A DNA stretch of 37,639 nucleotides from a virus (IMGVR_UViG_2585427795_000009:1-37639), one strand, 5' to 3'; shown: positions 1 through 9,912, numbered from the stretch's first letter. The notes: generated by a model not told the origin, from the sequence alone. Numbers and translations are program-made.

Positions 1-1362
1 ATGTTTAAACCGGAACTCCTTTCCCCGGCGGGAACGCTGAAAAATATGCGTTACGCTTTCGCTTATGGCGCAGATGCTGTTTATGCGGGCCAGCCGCGTT
101 ACTCCCTGCGTGTGCGCAACAACGAATTCAACCACGAAAATCTTCAGCTCGGCATCAATGAAGCCCACGCGCTGGGGAAAAAGTTTTATGTCGTGGTCAA
201 CATTGCACCGCACAACGCCAAGCTGAAAACCTTTATCCGTGACCTGAAACCGGTGGTGGAAATGGGGCCGGATGCGCTGATTATGTCCGATCCAGGGCTG
301 ATTATGCTGGTGCGTGAGCACTTCCCTGAAATGCCGATCCACCTCTCGGTGCAGGCTAACGCCGTAAACTGGGCGACGGTGAAATTCTGGCAGCAAATGG
401 GCCTGACCCGCGTGATCCTCTCTCGCGAGCTGTCGCTGGAAGAGATTGAAGAGATCCGTAATCAGGTGCCGGATATGGAGATCGAGATCTTCGTTCACGG
501 CGCACTGTGCATGGCCTACTCCGGTCGCTGCCTGCTCTCTGGCTATATCAACAAGCGCGACCCGAACCAGGGTACCTGCACCAACGCCTGCCGCTGGGAG
601 TACAACGTCCAGGAAGGGAAAGAAGATGAAGTTGGCAACATCGTACACAAGTACGAGCCGATTCCGGTGCAAAATGTTGAGCCGACGCTGGGTATCGGCG
701 CGCCAACCGACAAAGTGTTTATGATCGAAGAGGCCCAGCGTCCGGGCGAGTATATGACCGCGTTTGAAGATGAGCACGGCACTTACATCATGAACTCGAA
801 AGATCTGCGCGCCATCGCCCATGTAGAACGCCTGACCAAAATGGGCGTGCATTCGCTGAAAATCGAAGGCCGTACTAAATCTTTCTACTATTGCGCACGC
901 ACCGCACAGGTTTATCGTAAAGCTATCGATGATGCCGCTGCGGGCAAGCCGTTCGATACCAGCCTGCTGGAAACTCTGGAAGGTCTGGCGCATCGTGGCT
1001 ATACCGAAGGTTTCCTGCGTCGTCATACTCACGACGATTATCAGAACTACGAATACGGTTATTCGGTTTCTGACCGCCAGCAGTTTGTTGGTGAGTTTAC
1101 CGGTGAGCGCAAGGGGGACCTCGCGGCAGTAGCGGTGAAAAATAAATTCTCCGTTGGCGACAGCCTTGAGCTGATGACGCCGCAAGGCAACATTAACTTT
1201 ACCCTTGAGCACATGGAAAACGCCAAAGGTGAAGCGATGCCGGTCGCACCAGGCGATGGTTATACTGTGTGGCTCCCGGTCCCGCAGGATCTTGAGCTCA
1301 ATTACGCTCTGCTGATGCGTAATTTCTCCGGGGAAACCACGCGTAACCCACACGGTAAGTGA
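1..1362 (+). CDS. yegQ: Host peptidase U32-family protein YegQ (TrhP, tRNA hydroxylation)
   Basis: 453-aa ORF starting at ATG 1-3; N-terminus MFKPELLSPAGTLKNMRYAFAYGADAVYAGQPRY and cysteine-rich core recognised from memory as E. coli YegQ; backbone-like GC. Confidence 0.88.
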   Translation: MFKPELLSPAGTLKNMRYAFAYGADAVYAGQPRYSLRVRNNEFNHENLQLGINEAHALGKKFYVVVNIAPHNAKLKTFIRDLKPVVEMGPDALIMSDPGLIMLVREHFPEMPIHLSVQANAVNWATVKFWQQMGLTRVILSRELSLEEIEEIRNQVPDMEIEIFVHGALCMAYSGRCLLSGYINKRDPNQGTCTNACRWEYNVQEGKEDEVGNIVHKYEPIPVQNVEPTLGIGAPTDKVFMIEEAQRPGEYMTAFEDEHGTYIMNSKDLRAIAHVERLTKMGVHSLKIEGRTKSFYYCARTAQVYRKAIDDAAAGKPFDTSLLETLEGLAHRGYTEGFLRRHTHDDYQNYEYGYSVSDRQQFVGEFTGERKGDLAAVAVKNKFSVGDSLELMTPQGNINFTLEHMENAKGEAMPVAPGDGYTVWLPVPQDLELNYALLMRNFSGETTRNPHGK

Positions 1363-1446
1363 TTAATTTCGATTATTTTTCCCGGATGGAAAATTCTTAG
1401 AAACCGATCACATACAGCTGCATTTATTAAGGTTATCATCCGTTTC

Positions 1447-1533
1447 GCTGAAAAACATAACCCATAAAATGCTAGCTGTACCAGGAACCACCTCCTTAGC
1501 CTGTGTAATCTCCCTTACACGGGCTTATTTTTT
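1447..1533 (+). ncRNA. cyaR: CyaR (RyeE) Hfq-dependent sRNA; its terminator stem-loop forms the prophage att core
   Basis: Sequence GCTGAAAAACATAACCCATAAAATGCTAGCTGTACCAGGAACCACCTCCTTAGCCTGTGTAATCTCCCTTACACGGGCTTATTTTTT matches the CyaR sequence as I recall it, including the CACCUCCU anti-SD loop and a terminal hairpin (GCCTGTGTAA / TTACACGGGC) plus U-tract; lies between yegQ and the prophage as in E. coli K-12. Confidence 0.8.
1507..1533. repeat. Prophage att core, left copy (overlaps cyaR 3' end)
   Basis: 27-bp sequence identical to 37136..37162; reverse complement of the P2 attP core as recalled. Confidence 0.85.
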
Positions 1534-1596
1534 ACGCGTAATACAATGAAATAAAAGGATTTATTTCTGGTCACGTCCACACATTGACCACATCGA

Positions 1597-1621
1597 CAAA
1601 AAAGCCCCTCGACTGAGGGGC
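1597..1621 (-). terminator. Rho-independent terminator downstream of ogr
   Basis: On the minus strand: hairpin GCCCCTC-AGTC-GAGGGGC followed by a run of six or more T; 14 bp beyond the ogr stop. Confidence 0.55.
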
Positions 1622-1634
1622 TTCCTGTTTGTAA

Positions 1635-1853
1635 TTACATCCACATAATTTGCTGCCCTGACGGCAACGGGTGCGGTCTTACGGCGTGGACTTCTCCCGG
1701 CTTCACGATGTATCGCTGTACCGACTCATAAGTGATGAACGTGGCGCTGCAATTCACGTTCTGACACTGGTGATAACGCTCTTTTGTCGTGTCAGTGATA
1801 TAGCGGCTTGTACGCGCATGTGCGGCATGCTGGCATAAAGGACAATGAAACAT
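1635..1853 (-). CDS. ogr: Ogr zinc-finger late-gene transcriptional activator
   Basis: 72-aa product MFHCPLCQHAAHARTSRYITDTTKERYHQCQNVNC... with C4 zinc finger; true ATG at 1853 (the ORF track extends 21 codons upstream). Confidence 0.9.
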   Translation of the reverse strand: MFHCPLCQHAAHARTSRYITDTTKERYHQCQNVNCSATFITYESVQRYIVKPGEVHAVRPHPLPSGQQIMWM

Positions 1854-1934
1854 CGCGAGCACCTCTTCCGGTTTTGTTGATGGTGCCATTTTAGTTAATT
1901 TATCCTTATAAAACAAACAGATAAAATAAAAACA

Positions 1935-3098
1935 TTACTCATCATCTTCGGTTTCGTACTCCACATCAGAAAGCCTGACCTCAAGCTCTAAGGACGTCGT
2001 GAAGCCGCTATTATTCAGAAAATGTGTCACCTTAGTGATTGTCCAGTCCTGCTCGTCTATGACGCGCTTAAAGCCTGACACTCTGACCGGTGTTTCCGTG
2101 TAAATATCAGCACGACCAGTGGCAAGGCTGATGGAGAACTCCGCAACACCCCGTTGCAGCTTATCCCACTTCGCCTGAGCGGCGCGCATGGCCTGCGCTT
2201 TCGTGGCATATACCGTGGTCAGGGCAAAAACGTTGTCAGCCTCACCGGCCATGTATTCACCTTCGCGCGCTTCCGGTACTTTTGGCGCTTTCTTCTGCGT
2301 GACTGGTTTCGCTTTCGGGTGCTCCAGTGCGCGCAGGTGTTTTTCTTTCTTTTTGCGTTTCAGTTTTACCTTCTGCTTTTGCGGCTTCGGGTCTTTGGTG
2401 TGAAGCCACTTTGCCGTTACGCCGGTATAGGCTCCACGGTCAGCAATCGCAAAATGATGACGGTCGCCGTCGCTGCGGGTGATGGTGACCTGCGGGATTT
2501 TTTTACCGCTGGCCGTCACCCCCTGCCCCGCTTTGAGAAACAGCAGTTTTCCCATTTTTACCGACACCTCACCGCCGTTGCGTTCTGCAAGACGGGTCAG
2601 AAATTTCGCATCAGACTCCTGCGACTGGTCGATGTGCGGGATTTTAATTCCGGCCAGTGACGGAGCGACACTGGCTTCCAGCCTGTTACGGGAGGCTATC
2701 GCCTCAACAATCGCACCGAGCGTGGTGTCATGCCATGAGCCTTCACGGCGGGAATTGAGCGTCCCGCGAAAATCTGCACTCCGGGCGCGGATGGTGACCA
2801 CATCCGGTGCGCCCCGGTGTTCAACCTCATCAACGGTAAATTTCCCTTTGCATACCAGGGCAAAACCTTTCCAGCCGATATACACCGTCAGGACAGCGCC
2901 ACGAATCGGTAGTCCGACCTGCCCGTCGGCATCGTTCAGTTCAATATCAAGCTGGTCAGCCTCAAAGCCCCGGTTATCCGTCAGGGTCATGCTCATCAGA
3001 CGGTCGCTGATATTGCCGGTAATATCCCTGCTGTCGAGCATCAGCATGTAATCCGGCGTCAGCGTACTGCCTGCCTCAAATGTCAGCGCATCCAGCAT
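1935..3098 (-). CDS. D: Tail protein gpD
   Basis: 387 aa, the P2 gpD length; lysine-rich internal linker; position between ogr and U; start ATG overlaps U stop (TAATG). Confidence 0.88.
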   Translation of the reverse strand: MLDALTFEAGSTLTPDYMLMLDSRDITGNISDRLMSMTLTDNRGFEADQLDIELNDADGQVGLPIRGAVLTVYIGWKGFALVCKGKFTVDEVEHRGAPDVVTIRARSADFRGTLNSRREGSWHDTTLGAIVEAIASRNRLEASVAPSLAGIKIPHIDQSQESDAKFLTRLAERNGGEVSVKMGKLLFLKAGQGVTASGKKIPQVTITRSDGDRHHFAIADRGAYTGVTAKWLHTKDPKPQKQKVKLKRKKKEKHLRALEHPKAKPVTQKKAPKVPEAREGEYMAGEADNVFALTTVYATKAQAMRAAQAKWDKLQRGVAEFSISLATGRADIYTETPVRVSGFKRVIDEQDWTITKVTHFLNNSGFTTSLELEVRLSDVEYETEDDE

Positions 3099-3577
3099 TA
3101 TCCCGCCCCCGTCATACCCGTGAATCTGGTCGCCATACTGCCAGCCTTACCGATGAGCGATTCTGCCTGTTTACCGATATCGCCATAAAGCGCGGCCAGT
3201 GACTCATCAACGCGGGTGAGCGACAGCGTAAAATCAATTTTCCGTGGTGTGCCGTCTGCAAAGAAAATACTCCCTGTTTCACTCACCCTGCCGATGACAT
3301 ACATGCCGTAAATCATGCCGGTGCCATCCAGCAACGGCCACGCCCGGCCTTCCTCTGCCATCAGTGTGAGCGTGGTCATCGTCAGCTTGCCGCCGGTCAG
3401 TTCGGGATAAAGCACACCGGCAAGCGTGATGTTTTCCTCACCCACACCGAGAAACTGAAAGGCATCCCGTTTACCGATACGGGAATTTGACGGCCAGCGA
3501 TAATCTGATTCACGCTGCATGGTCTGGTGTGGCAGCGTCTGGCGCATAAAAACAAACATACCTAACGCGAGCATCAT
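3098..3577 (-). CDS. U: Tail protein gpU
   Basis: 159 aa, synteny T-U-D. Confidence 0.85.
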   Translation of the reverse strand: MMLALGMFVFMRQTLPHQTMQRESDYRWPSNSRIGKRDAFQFLGVGEENITLAGVLYPELTGGKLTMTTLTLMAEEGRAWPLLDGTGMIYGMYVIGRVSETGSIFFADGTPRKIDFTLSLTRVDESLAALYGDIGKQAESLIGKAGSMATRFTGMTGAG

Positions 3578-3591
3578 TTTTCGTCACCTCC

Positions 3592-6039
3592 TTAACCGTC
3601 ATGCATCATGCTGGCACGGGCGCGCGCACGTTTATCCCGTTCGTATTTTTCGAGCGCATCCTGTAACTGGCGGTCGAGCTGTGTCCCCGGCGCAGTACCA
3701 CCCGTCAGGCTGATGTGATATTCGTTTTTACTCTGGTCCACATAAGAGCGGCCAGCCGGTGCCGTGACCGGCTGATAAGCCTGATAACCTGCATAAGAGC
3801 TGGTCGCCAGAATATAACCACCGCTGCCATACGTGGCGGCTTGAGTTCTGGCGGCGGTCTGGTCAAGTGTGTCTGACTCTTTGTTGATAACACCGAGTTT
3901 TTCCAGTACCCAGTCAATACCACTGCGCAGTTTGTTGAACGCATTAAGCGGCAGCATCAGCGCGTCAGCCAGTGCCTGCCCGAACATGACGCCCGTGTCA
4001 CGGCAACGGTTCAGGGTGTCCTGGGTGGCTTTGACCGGGGCAATCAGGTTTTTAAACCACTGCCACGCGGCCTGTAACTTTTCACCCAGCCAGTCAAACA
4101 CCGGTTTAAGTGGCGTGAACAGTTCCCCCACCGGCGCAAATGCCGCTTTCAGCCCTTCCACCACACCGCCAAAGAATGCGCTGACAGGCTCCCAGTATTT
4201 ACGGATAAGCAACGCCCCGGCGACAATGGCGGCCACCACGGCCACAACCGGCCAGCTAATCGCCCCGATGGCGGTTATAACAGCACTGCCAACCGTCGTG
4301 AAGATTGCCCCCATTGCGCCTGCTGCCGCGATGATGGCATTGATGCCGGTGATAACCGGCCAGGCTACGAGGCCAATGGCACCTATGACACCAATCAGTG
4401 CCAGTGCACCACCGACAATGATGCCGATGGTTGACGCCAGTGATTTGTTTTTCTGGATCCAGCCGTCGAGTTTTAACACATACTTTGTGGCCGTCTGCGT
4501 GAGATTACGCAGTGCGCCTTCCTGCTGGTCAAACAGGTCAGTCCCCACCGCCTCATAAGCGGACTGAAACTCCTTAAAGTCACCGCCGAGGTTGTCCTGC
4601 ATGATATTTACCAGCTCTGCGGTCTTCCCGTCTGAGGCTTTAAACGCAGCGGTCAGTTTGTCCAGCTTTCCGGTTGAGGCGGCAGTCATCAGCACAGCGG
4701 CGGCTGAGCTGGCCTCCTCCCCGAAAATGGTTTTCATGTATTCAGCCTGCTGGGCAGTACCGAGCCGGTTTTTCTCAAAACTGGCCTGCATTTCTTTCAG
4801 AATGGTAAATATTGGCCGGGTGTTTCCCTTGCTGTCTGAGGTTTTCACTCCAAGCTCTTTGAGTGCATCCCATGCTTTTCCCGTCGGTGCCTGCAGGCGG
4901 CTTAACACGGCACGGCTTCCCGTCCCCGCCATTGAGCCTGTGATTTTTGCATCATGCAGCGCCCCGACCATTGCGGCGGTTTCTTCAATGCTGACACCGG
5001 CATTTTTTGCCACAGGTGCGGCATAGGTCAGCGCATCGCTCATGCCGTCAAAATCGGCGGCGGTTTTGTTCATCGTCATGGAGAGAACATCCCCGATATG
5101 AGCGACCTTATCGTTTGAAAGCTGAAAGGCGGATTTCATCCCCATCAGCAGGGCGGCGTTTTCTTCCATCGTGCGGCGGTTCGCCAGCGCCATATTCAGC
5201 GTGACCGGCGTTGCCGCCTGAATGGCATCAACATCCCCACCCGCTTTCGCGATGATTATCTGTGCACCGGCCGCATCATCCGCCGAAGCGGCGGTATTGT
5301 CGCCGAGCTGGCGCGCCTGTTTGCGTAGTGCGGTCATTTCGGCGGAGTCTTTTGCCACTCCGAGCACGGCCTGCAATTCTGAGTTTTTCTGCGCAAACTC
5401 ATAACCGGGCATCAGCAACTTAACTCCGGCCATCGTTCCCGCCGCCGCAATCCCCACACCGGCAGCGCCTACTGAGGCCATATTTCCGGCCAGCTCCTTT
5501 CCGGCCTGATAACGCTGTTTGACTGCGTTAAGTTTTGCCTGTTGCGCACTGACACGCGCCAGCGCGTCACGCTGCCGGTTAAGCTGCGCGGTGGTTTCAC
5601 TGATACGGTTTTTCAGCCCCTGCTCATCATGTGCAAGATTGCGGGTATTAATTCCCACAGCAGCCAGTTCCCGCTGCTGGCGTTTAACGGAATCCGTCAG
5701 GCGGTTATATTTCGCCTGTAAGTCCTCCGCTGCTCGCTTTGCGGATTCCAGCACTTTCGCCTGAGCACGGGTCGGACGCTCGGTGTTTTTAAACTGTGTG
5801 GCAAGGGCTTCGGCCTCCTGCCGTGCCTTTTCAAGTGCATGACCAGTCACGGCGAGCTGTGCACTGGTCTTGTGGAATCCCTCAATACGGGATGCCTGAC
5901 CGTTCAGCTCGCGCAGTGATTTTTGTGTTTCCCGGATATCACCCGACAGCGACCTGCTCGCTGTACGGATGGATTTAAACGGGCGGGATGCCTGGTCAAC
6001 AGCCCTGAGCAATACCTGTAATTTTACATTGTCACTCAT
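3592..6039 (-). CDS. T: Tail tape measure protein gpT
   Basis: 815 aa, coiled-coil N-terminal half, hydrophobic Gly/Ala-rich central segment; follows E/E'. Confidence 0.9.
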   Translation of the reverse strand: MSDNVKLQVLLRAVDQASRPFKSIRTASRSLSGDIRETQKSLRELNGQASRIEGFHKTSAQLAVTGHALEKARQEAEALATQFKNTERPTRAQAKVLESAKRAAEDLQAKYNRLTDSVKRQQRELAAVGINTRNLAHDEQGLKNRISETTAQLNRQRDALARVSAQQAKLNAVKQRYQAGKELAGNMASVGAAGVGIAAAGTMAGVKLLMPGYEFAQKNSELQAVLGVAKDSAEMTALRKQARQLGDNTAASADDAAGAQIIIAKAGGDVDAIQAATPVTLNMALANRRTMEENAALLMGMKSAFQLSNDKVAHIGDVLSMTMNKTAADFDGMSDALTYAAPVAKNAGVSIEETAAMVGALHDAKITGSMAGTGSRAVLSRLQAPTGKAWDALKELGVKTSDSKGNTRPIFTILKEMQASFEKNRLGTAQQAEYMKTIFGEEASSAAAVLMTAASTGKLDKLTAAFKASDGKTAELVNIMQDNLGGDFKEFQSAYEAVGTDLFDQQEGALRNLTQTATKYVLKLDGWIQKNKSLASTIGIIVGGALALIGVIGAIGLVAWPVITGINAIIAAAGAMGAIFTTVGSAVITAIGAISWPVVAVVAAIVAGALLIRKYWEPVSAFFGGVVEGLKAAFAPVGELFTPLKPVFDWLGEKLQAAWQWFKNLIAPVKATQDTLNRCRDTGVMFGQALADALMLPLNAFNKLRSGIDWVLEKLGVINKESDTLDQTAARTQAATYGSGGYILATSSYAGYQAYQPVTAPAGRSYVDQSKNEYHISLTGGTAPGTQLDRQLQDALEKYERDKRARARASMMHDG

Positions 6040-6459
6040 TCGTGTTTCCGCTTCGCCGGAGCGCCTTTTCGCGCCATGTGATGAGTTCGGTCAGGCTCAT
6101 GGGATACAGTTCTGATGGCGGCCAGTGAAATATCACTGCCACATCCGCCATCAGGTCATCGACCGAGAAATTTTTCGGGAACGTCACTGCACCGAGTTCG
6201 GCGACAAAAAACCGACCACCTTACCGGCCAGCGCCACAAGGTCAGGCAGTTCCAGCGCGGCGACCTCCTGCTCGGTCAGCATTGGTGCCGTCATGCGCGG
6301 CAGCACCTTAATCAGCGCATCGACTTCGGAGTTTGCGACCGCAGCCAGACTGACACCGCGCAGCGTCCCGGCATTGGGTTTCATCAGCGTGACCTGTTCG
6401 ATAACCTGCTCACCACGCTTGACCGGATTGTCCAGGGTAATCACATTTTCTTTGTTCAT
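6032..6459 (-). CDS. E': gpE+E' fusion made by -1 programmed ribosomal frameshift (slip site at 6205..6211)
   Basis: Zero-frame GGT TTT TTG gives slippery T_TTT_TTG; the -1 frame stays open for 57 codons (VAELGAVTFPKNFS...RRSGNTNE) and its TGA stop overlaps the T start (AATGAGTGA); predicted product 142 aa, as recalled for P2 E+E'. Confidence 0.7.
6184..6459 (-). CDS. E: Tail assembly chaperone gpE
   Basis: 91 aa; position between FII and T; contains slippery heptamer near its 3' end. Confidence 0.85.
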   Translation of the reverse strand: MNKENVITLDNPVKRGEQVIEQVTLMKPNAGTLRGVSLAAVANSEVDALIKVLPRMTAPMLTEQEVAALELPDLVALAGKVVGFLSPNSVQ

Positions 6460-6515
6460 GGTTTTCTCACTTCTGAATCGGGGTTAACCGGTCAGCCTGG
6501 CTGACCGGATGAAAA

Positions 6516-7034
6516 TCACAGGCCGATATTGCGGCGGTGTTGCTCCAGCCGGTCGACGCCGTTCACCTTCTCAATCATGTTAATGGTGTCGATTTCGACC
6601 AGCTCCTTACCGTCCATCGTCAGCCGGAAATAGGTGCAGACCACGGAGATTTTCGACTCGGTGTCTTCTCCCTGTTTACCCTCGCCGGTGTCGATTTCTT
6701 TCTGACGGCCACGCATGACCACCTCGACGGCCACCGTTTCGCCGGTATCGTCGCGCTGGTAAGAGCCAGCAAAACGAATCGGTACGGCATCCACACCGGT
6801 TGCGGCGTAAAGCTCCCAGATAACCGAATCCGGGAAGCCCCCGAGCGACCACTCCATTGACAGCGCATCGTCATCAAGGCCGAGGTCTACCGGTGCGCTG
6901 CCGTTCATCCCCGCACCGCGATAGTTTTCGAGCTTACGGGTCAGTTTTGGCAGCGTGACGGACTTTGCAACGCCCTGATAGCTGTAGCCGTTCAGAAAGA
7001 CGTTCATTAACTTGAGTTTGCGCGGCATTGCCAT
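6516..7034 (-). CDS. FII: Tail tube protein gpFII
   Basis: 172 aa, synteny downstream of FI. Confidence 0.88.
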   Translation of the reverse strand: MAMPRKLKLMNVFLNGYSYQGVAKSVTLPKLTRKLENYRGAGMNGSAPVDLGLDDDALSMEWSLGGFPDSVIWELYAATGVDAVPIRFAGSYQRDDTGETVAVEVVMRGRQKEIDTGEGKQGEDTESKISVVCTYFRLTMDGKELVEIDTINMIEKVNGVDRLEQHRRNIGL

Positions 7035-7046
7035 CGGTCAGGCTCC

Positions 7047-8237
7047 TTAATTGCTGTTAACCGAGGTGACCAGATTTGCCAGGTATTTATCGGTAATACG
7101 CTGGCGCAGGGTCAGGTTTTCGAGAGGAGGCACCGGTGTATAGTCGTAGTCGATATACAGTTTTCCGGCCTTGAGGGTTTCCGCATCGTTGGATTCTTCG
7201 CTGAACCAGCATGAGCCATCCACGATATAGCCGTTTGTTTTCAGCTCACGGAATTTGGCATTGATGCCGTCAACGATGTCGCGAATCAGCGTTGCGGTGA
7301 TGGGCTTGTCCACCGCCCACATGTGCGCCTCAGCCATCGTGTCGGCCAGCACCTGCGCGGTGCGGGTGTAGTTTTCAAAGAGGAACAGCGGGTCATCAGA
7401 GCAGGTACGGTTACCCCAGAAGCGGAAACCGTCACGGCGAATCAGCGTTGTGACACCTGACTCATTCAACAGGTCAGCATCGGTGCCGGACTCCTGCAAA
7501 TCCCAGAATACAGAGGCACTGATGCCGGTAACACCGTTTACCCCGACGTTGGACAGCGTTTTATGCCAGCCCTGCTCCTGGTCGATTCTGGCACGCAGAC
7601 CCAGCGCACGGGCGGTGGCATACGCGGTGGCGGTGGTACTGGTGACCGTATCCCATGCGAGGAAATCCGGCCAGATAACCATCAGTTCACGCTGGCTGAA
7701 ATTCTGGCGGTAGGCTTTCACCTCGGAAATGGTTTTACAGCCCCATGCGCTGATATACCCGAAAGCGCGCAGCTTCTGACAGACTGATGCCAGTGCAACA
7801 GCCACCTCTTTGGTGTCCAGTCCCGGCACGCCGAGAATACGCGGTTTAACACCAGTTACCGACTCCGCCGCCAGCAGGGCTTTCAGTCCGGTGTACTGAC
7901 CGTTTTCGTCGGTGGTGCCGATGATATTGGAAACGGTCTGCGCGAGTTTCGTTTCCTCGTCGTCGCCGGTGCCGTCTTCCACACGCACAACAACGGTGAC
8001 CGGTTTTGACTGGTCGGCGATAGCCTGCAACGACGCCGCCAGCGTGCCTTTTTTACCGGCCTTTGCAATTGCACTCTGCACATTGGTAATCAGCACCGGT
8101 TTATTGAGGGGGAAGATTTCCGCATCCGCATCGCTGGCCGTGCAGACCATGCCAACAATGGCGGTGGATACGGTGGAAATGACGCGGGTGCCGTCGTTAA
8201 TCTCCAGCACCTGCACGCCGTGATGATAGTCACTCAT
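7047..8237 (-). CDS. FI: Contractile tail sheath protein gpFI
   Basis: 396 aa, synteny, size. Confidence 0.9.
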   Translation of the reverse strand: MSDYHHGVQVLEINDGTRVISTVSTAIVGMVCTASDADAEIFPLNKPVLITNVQSAIAKAGKKGTLAASLQAIADQSKPVTVVVRVEDGTGDDEETKLAQTVSNIIGTTDENGQYTGLKALLAAESVTGVKPRILGVPGLDTKEVAVALASVCQKLRAFGYISAWGCKTISEVKAYRQNFSQRELMVIWPDFLAWDTVTSTTATAYATARALGLRARIDQEQGWHKTLSNVGVNGVTGISASVFWDLQESGTDADLLNESGVTTLIRRDGFRFWGNRTCSDDPLFLFENYTRTAQVLADTMAEAHMWAVDKPITATLIRDIVDGINAKFRELKTNGYIVDGSCWFSEESNDAETLKAGKLYIDYDYTPVPPLENLTLRQRITDKYLANLVTSVNSN

Positions 8238-8566
8238 CCGTTTAACTCCGTGGTTAATGGGTGCAACTATTTTCTGTTGGGCAGTGCATGAGACGCTATT
8301 TGACCTGGCTGGTCAGTGGATGAAACAACAGATAAAGAAAAGGCAGGCAATTCGCCCGCCTGTCCTGATTTGTACTCACTCATTTTCCGACTGACAATTT
8401 ACATAGCCAAAACGCTATCAAATCTGACAGTCTGCTTTGAACAAGAAGCGGACATTTGCCTGTCAGGGTATATGCCGCTCTGCGGTTATTATCCAGAATC
8501 AATAATTCATCTGAGTTGGATTACATATAAAACATAGTTACCCCATGAATAACCATTAGCAGATTA

Positions 8567-9160
8567 TCAATTATGTAAATCTTTTGTTTTATGTTCTTTA
8601 GCGTATTGTGACAACAAATGGCTATAGCGTTTAAGCAAAATATTAGAAAGATTAAGCTCATTCATGAAGTGTTCTTCTAATAAGTAACCATCAATATCAA
8701 CTTTAATATCATTACCACTTTTCATCTTCTGTAACGTAGATTTTACACGCTCCAGCAGGATGCTTTGCTCATGGTAATAGTCCATAAGAAGAGTAACATC
8801 CTCTTTATCAAGCTTACTTAATTCGCTGAAGTAGGATTTAAACACTTTATCAGTCTGGTTTAATGCAATCTGTAAGCGAGGCCCCCCTAATGATTTGACA
8901 TTAATGGCAAAAGGCTCGCCAACAAAATGCTCCGAATTTTCGTCAAAGCCAATATGTCTCGTTTTATCAAGAAAAGTGAGAGCGCGATGGTTATTAGCGA
9001 TTTCATATGCAAACATTGTTCTGATACTGTCCCTCTCAGCCTCCATGCTTATATCATCACGATGATTTGTATAAAATATATTTCCAACAAAGAGAACCAT
9101 AGCAAGAATCACTGAACTTGCCTCCCAGTTAATATTTTTTAATCGTCGCTTAGTAAACAT
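8567..9160 (-). CDS. Hypothetical membrane-anchored protein, AT-rich cargo gene in the Z/fun slot
   Basis: 197-aa ORF with ATG start and AAGGTG SD 6 nt upstream; one N-terminal hydrophobic helix (SSVILAMVLFVGNIFY); clearly lower GC than flanking G and FI; no recognisable motifs. Confidence 0.6.
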   Translation of the reverse strand: MFTKRRLKNINWEASSVILAMVLFVGNIFYTNHRDDISMEAERDSIRTMFAYEIANNHRALTFLDKTRHIGFDENSEHFVGEPFAINVKSLGGPRLQIALNQTDKVFKSYFSELSKLDKEDVTLLMDYYHEQSILLERVKSTLQKMKSGNDIKVDIDGYLLEEHFMNELNLSNILLKRYSHLLSQYAKEHKTKDLHN

Positions 9161-9381
9161 ACCGCACCTTAATTATCAAAAATATTCCTTCAGTGTTATC
9201 TGGTTAGCCTAAACCAAGTCATTAAAGTCCGCAGGATATCATATACATAAAATGTATTGTTTAGAATTTGCACTAATAAAATAATGCTTTACTAAAATCT
9301 ACTCCAGACACAGAGCGGCCTGTCAGATTAGGCTTTACTCTGTGCCATAGATATGTAATCTCACACCAGAGCTTATACAAC

Positions 9382-9909
9382 TTATTGCGGCATTTCCGGC
9401 CATTCAGGATTTGCAGGATCCACACGGCTGACCAGAACGCTGTAGCGTTCCCATGCTTCCAGTCGGCTGCGTTCCTCATCTGTTGCCATATTCAGCCTGA
9501 CAGCGCGCTCCAGCGGCACAATCACGGATTCTGCTTCGGAAAGCAAAGTTGCCTTTTGTGATTCTGCCAGTTGCTGCTGTTCGTCTGCCGTATAAATCCG
9601 CTTAATCACGGCACCATCCTTAAACATCCATTTACCTGAGTCATCAGCACGTCGGTTGGCAGTAATATCAGGAACCTCGACAACGCTAAAACCTTCAGGG
9701 TTAAGCGTTGAAGCATCTCGGGTGATGCCGACAATTATATTATTCTCGTCGTAAACAATCTTTATCGTCTCTTCCTGAAAATTACTTACTTCCTCATACC
9801 AGTTTTTTCCCTCTTCGGACCATAACCAGATAACATCAAAATTTTTTGTCAGTTGATATTGGGCAACAGTTTTTGGATTACCCGCAGTAATATTTTTTAA
9901 ATGCTGCAT
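9382..9909 (-). CDS. G: Tail fibre assembly protein gpG (Tfa family)
   Basis: 175 aa; Tfa-like C-terminal region ([30 protein letters not shown]); immediately downstream of H; N-terminal half AT-rich. Confidence 0.85.
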   Translation of the reverse strand: MQHLKNITAGNPKTVAQYQLTKNFDVIWLWSEEGKNWYEEVSNFQEETIKIVYDENNIIVGITRDASTLNPEGFSVVEVPDITANRRADDSGKWMFKDGAVIKRIYTADEQQQLAESQKATLLSEAESVIVPLERAVRLNMATDEERSRLEAWERYSVLVSRVDPANPEWPEMPQ

Positions 9910-9912
9910 AAA

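Noticed and set aside
3869-5026. Plus-strand ORFs of 229 and 144 aa antisense to the tape-measure gene T
   Set aside because: They lie entirely inside the well-supported 815-aa T gene on the opposite strand and translate to low-complexity Ala/Ser/Pro-rich sequence typical of antisense frames in GC-rich coding DNA.
8316-8537. 73-aa plus-strand ORF in the FI-G intergenic region (possible Z/fun homologue)
   Set aside because: No SD, odd composition, and it overlaps a hairpin-rich non-coding stretch. I cannot recall the Z/fun sequence to test homology, so it is left unannotated.
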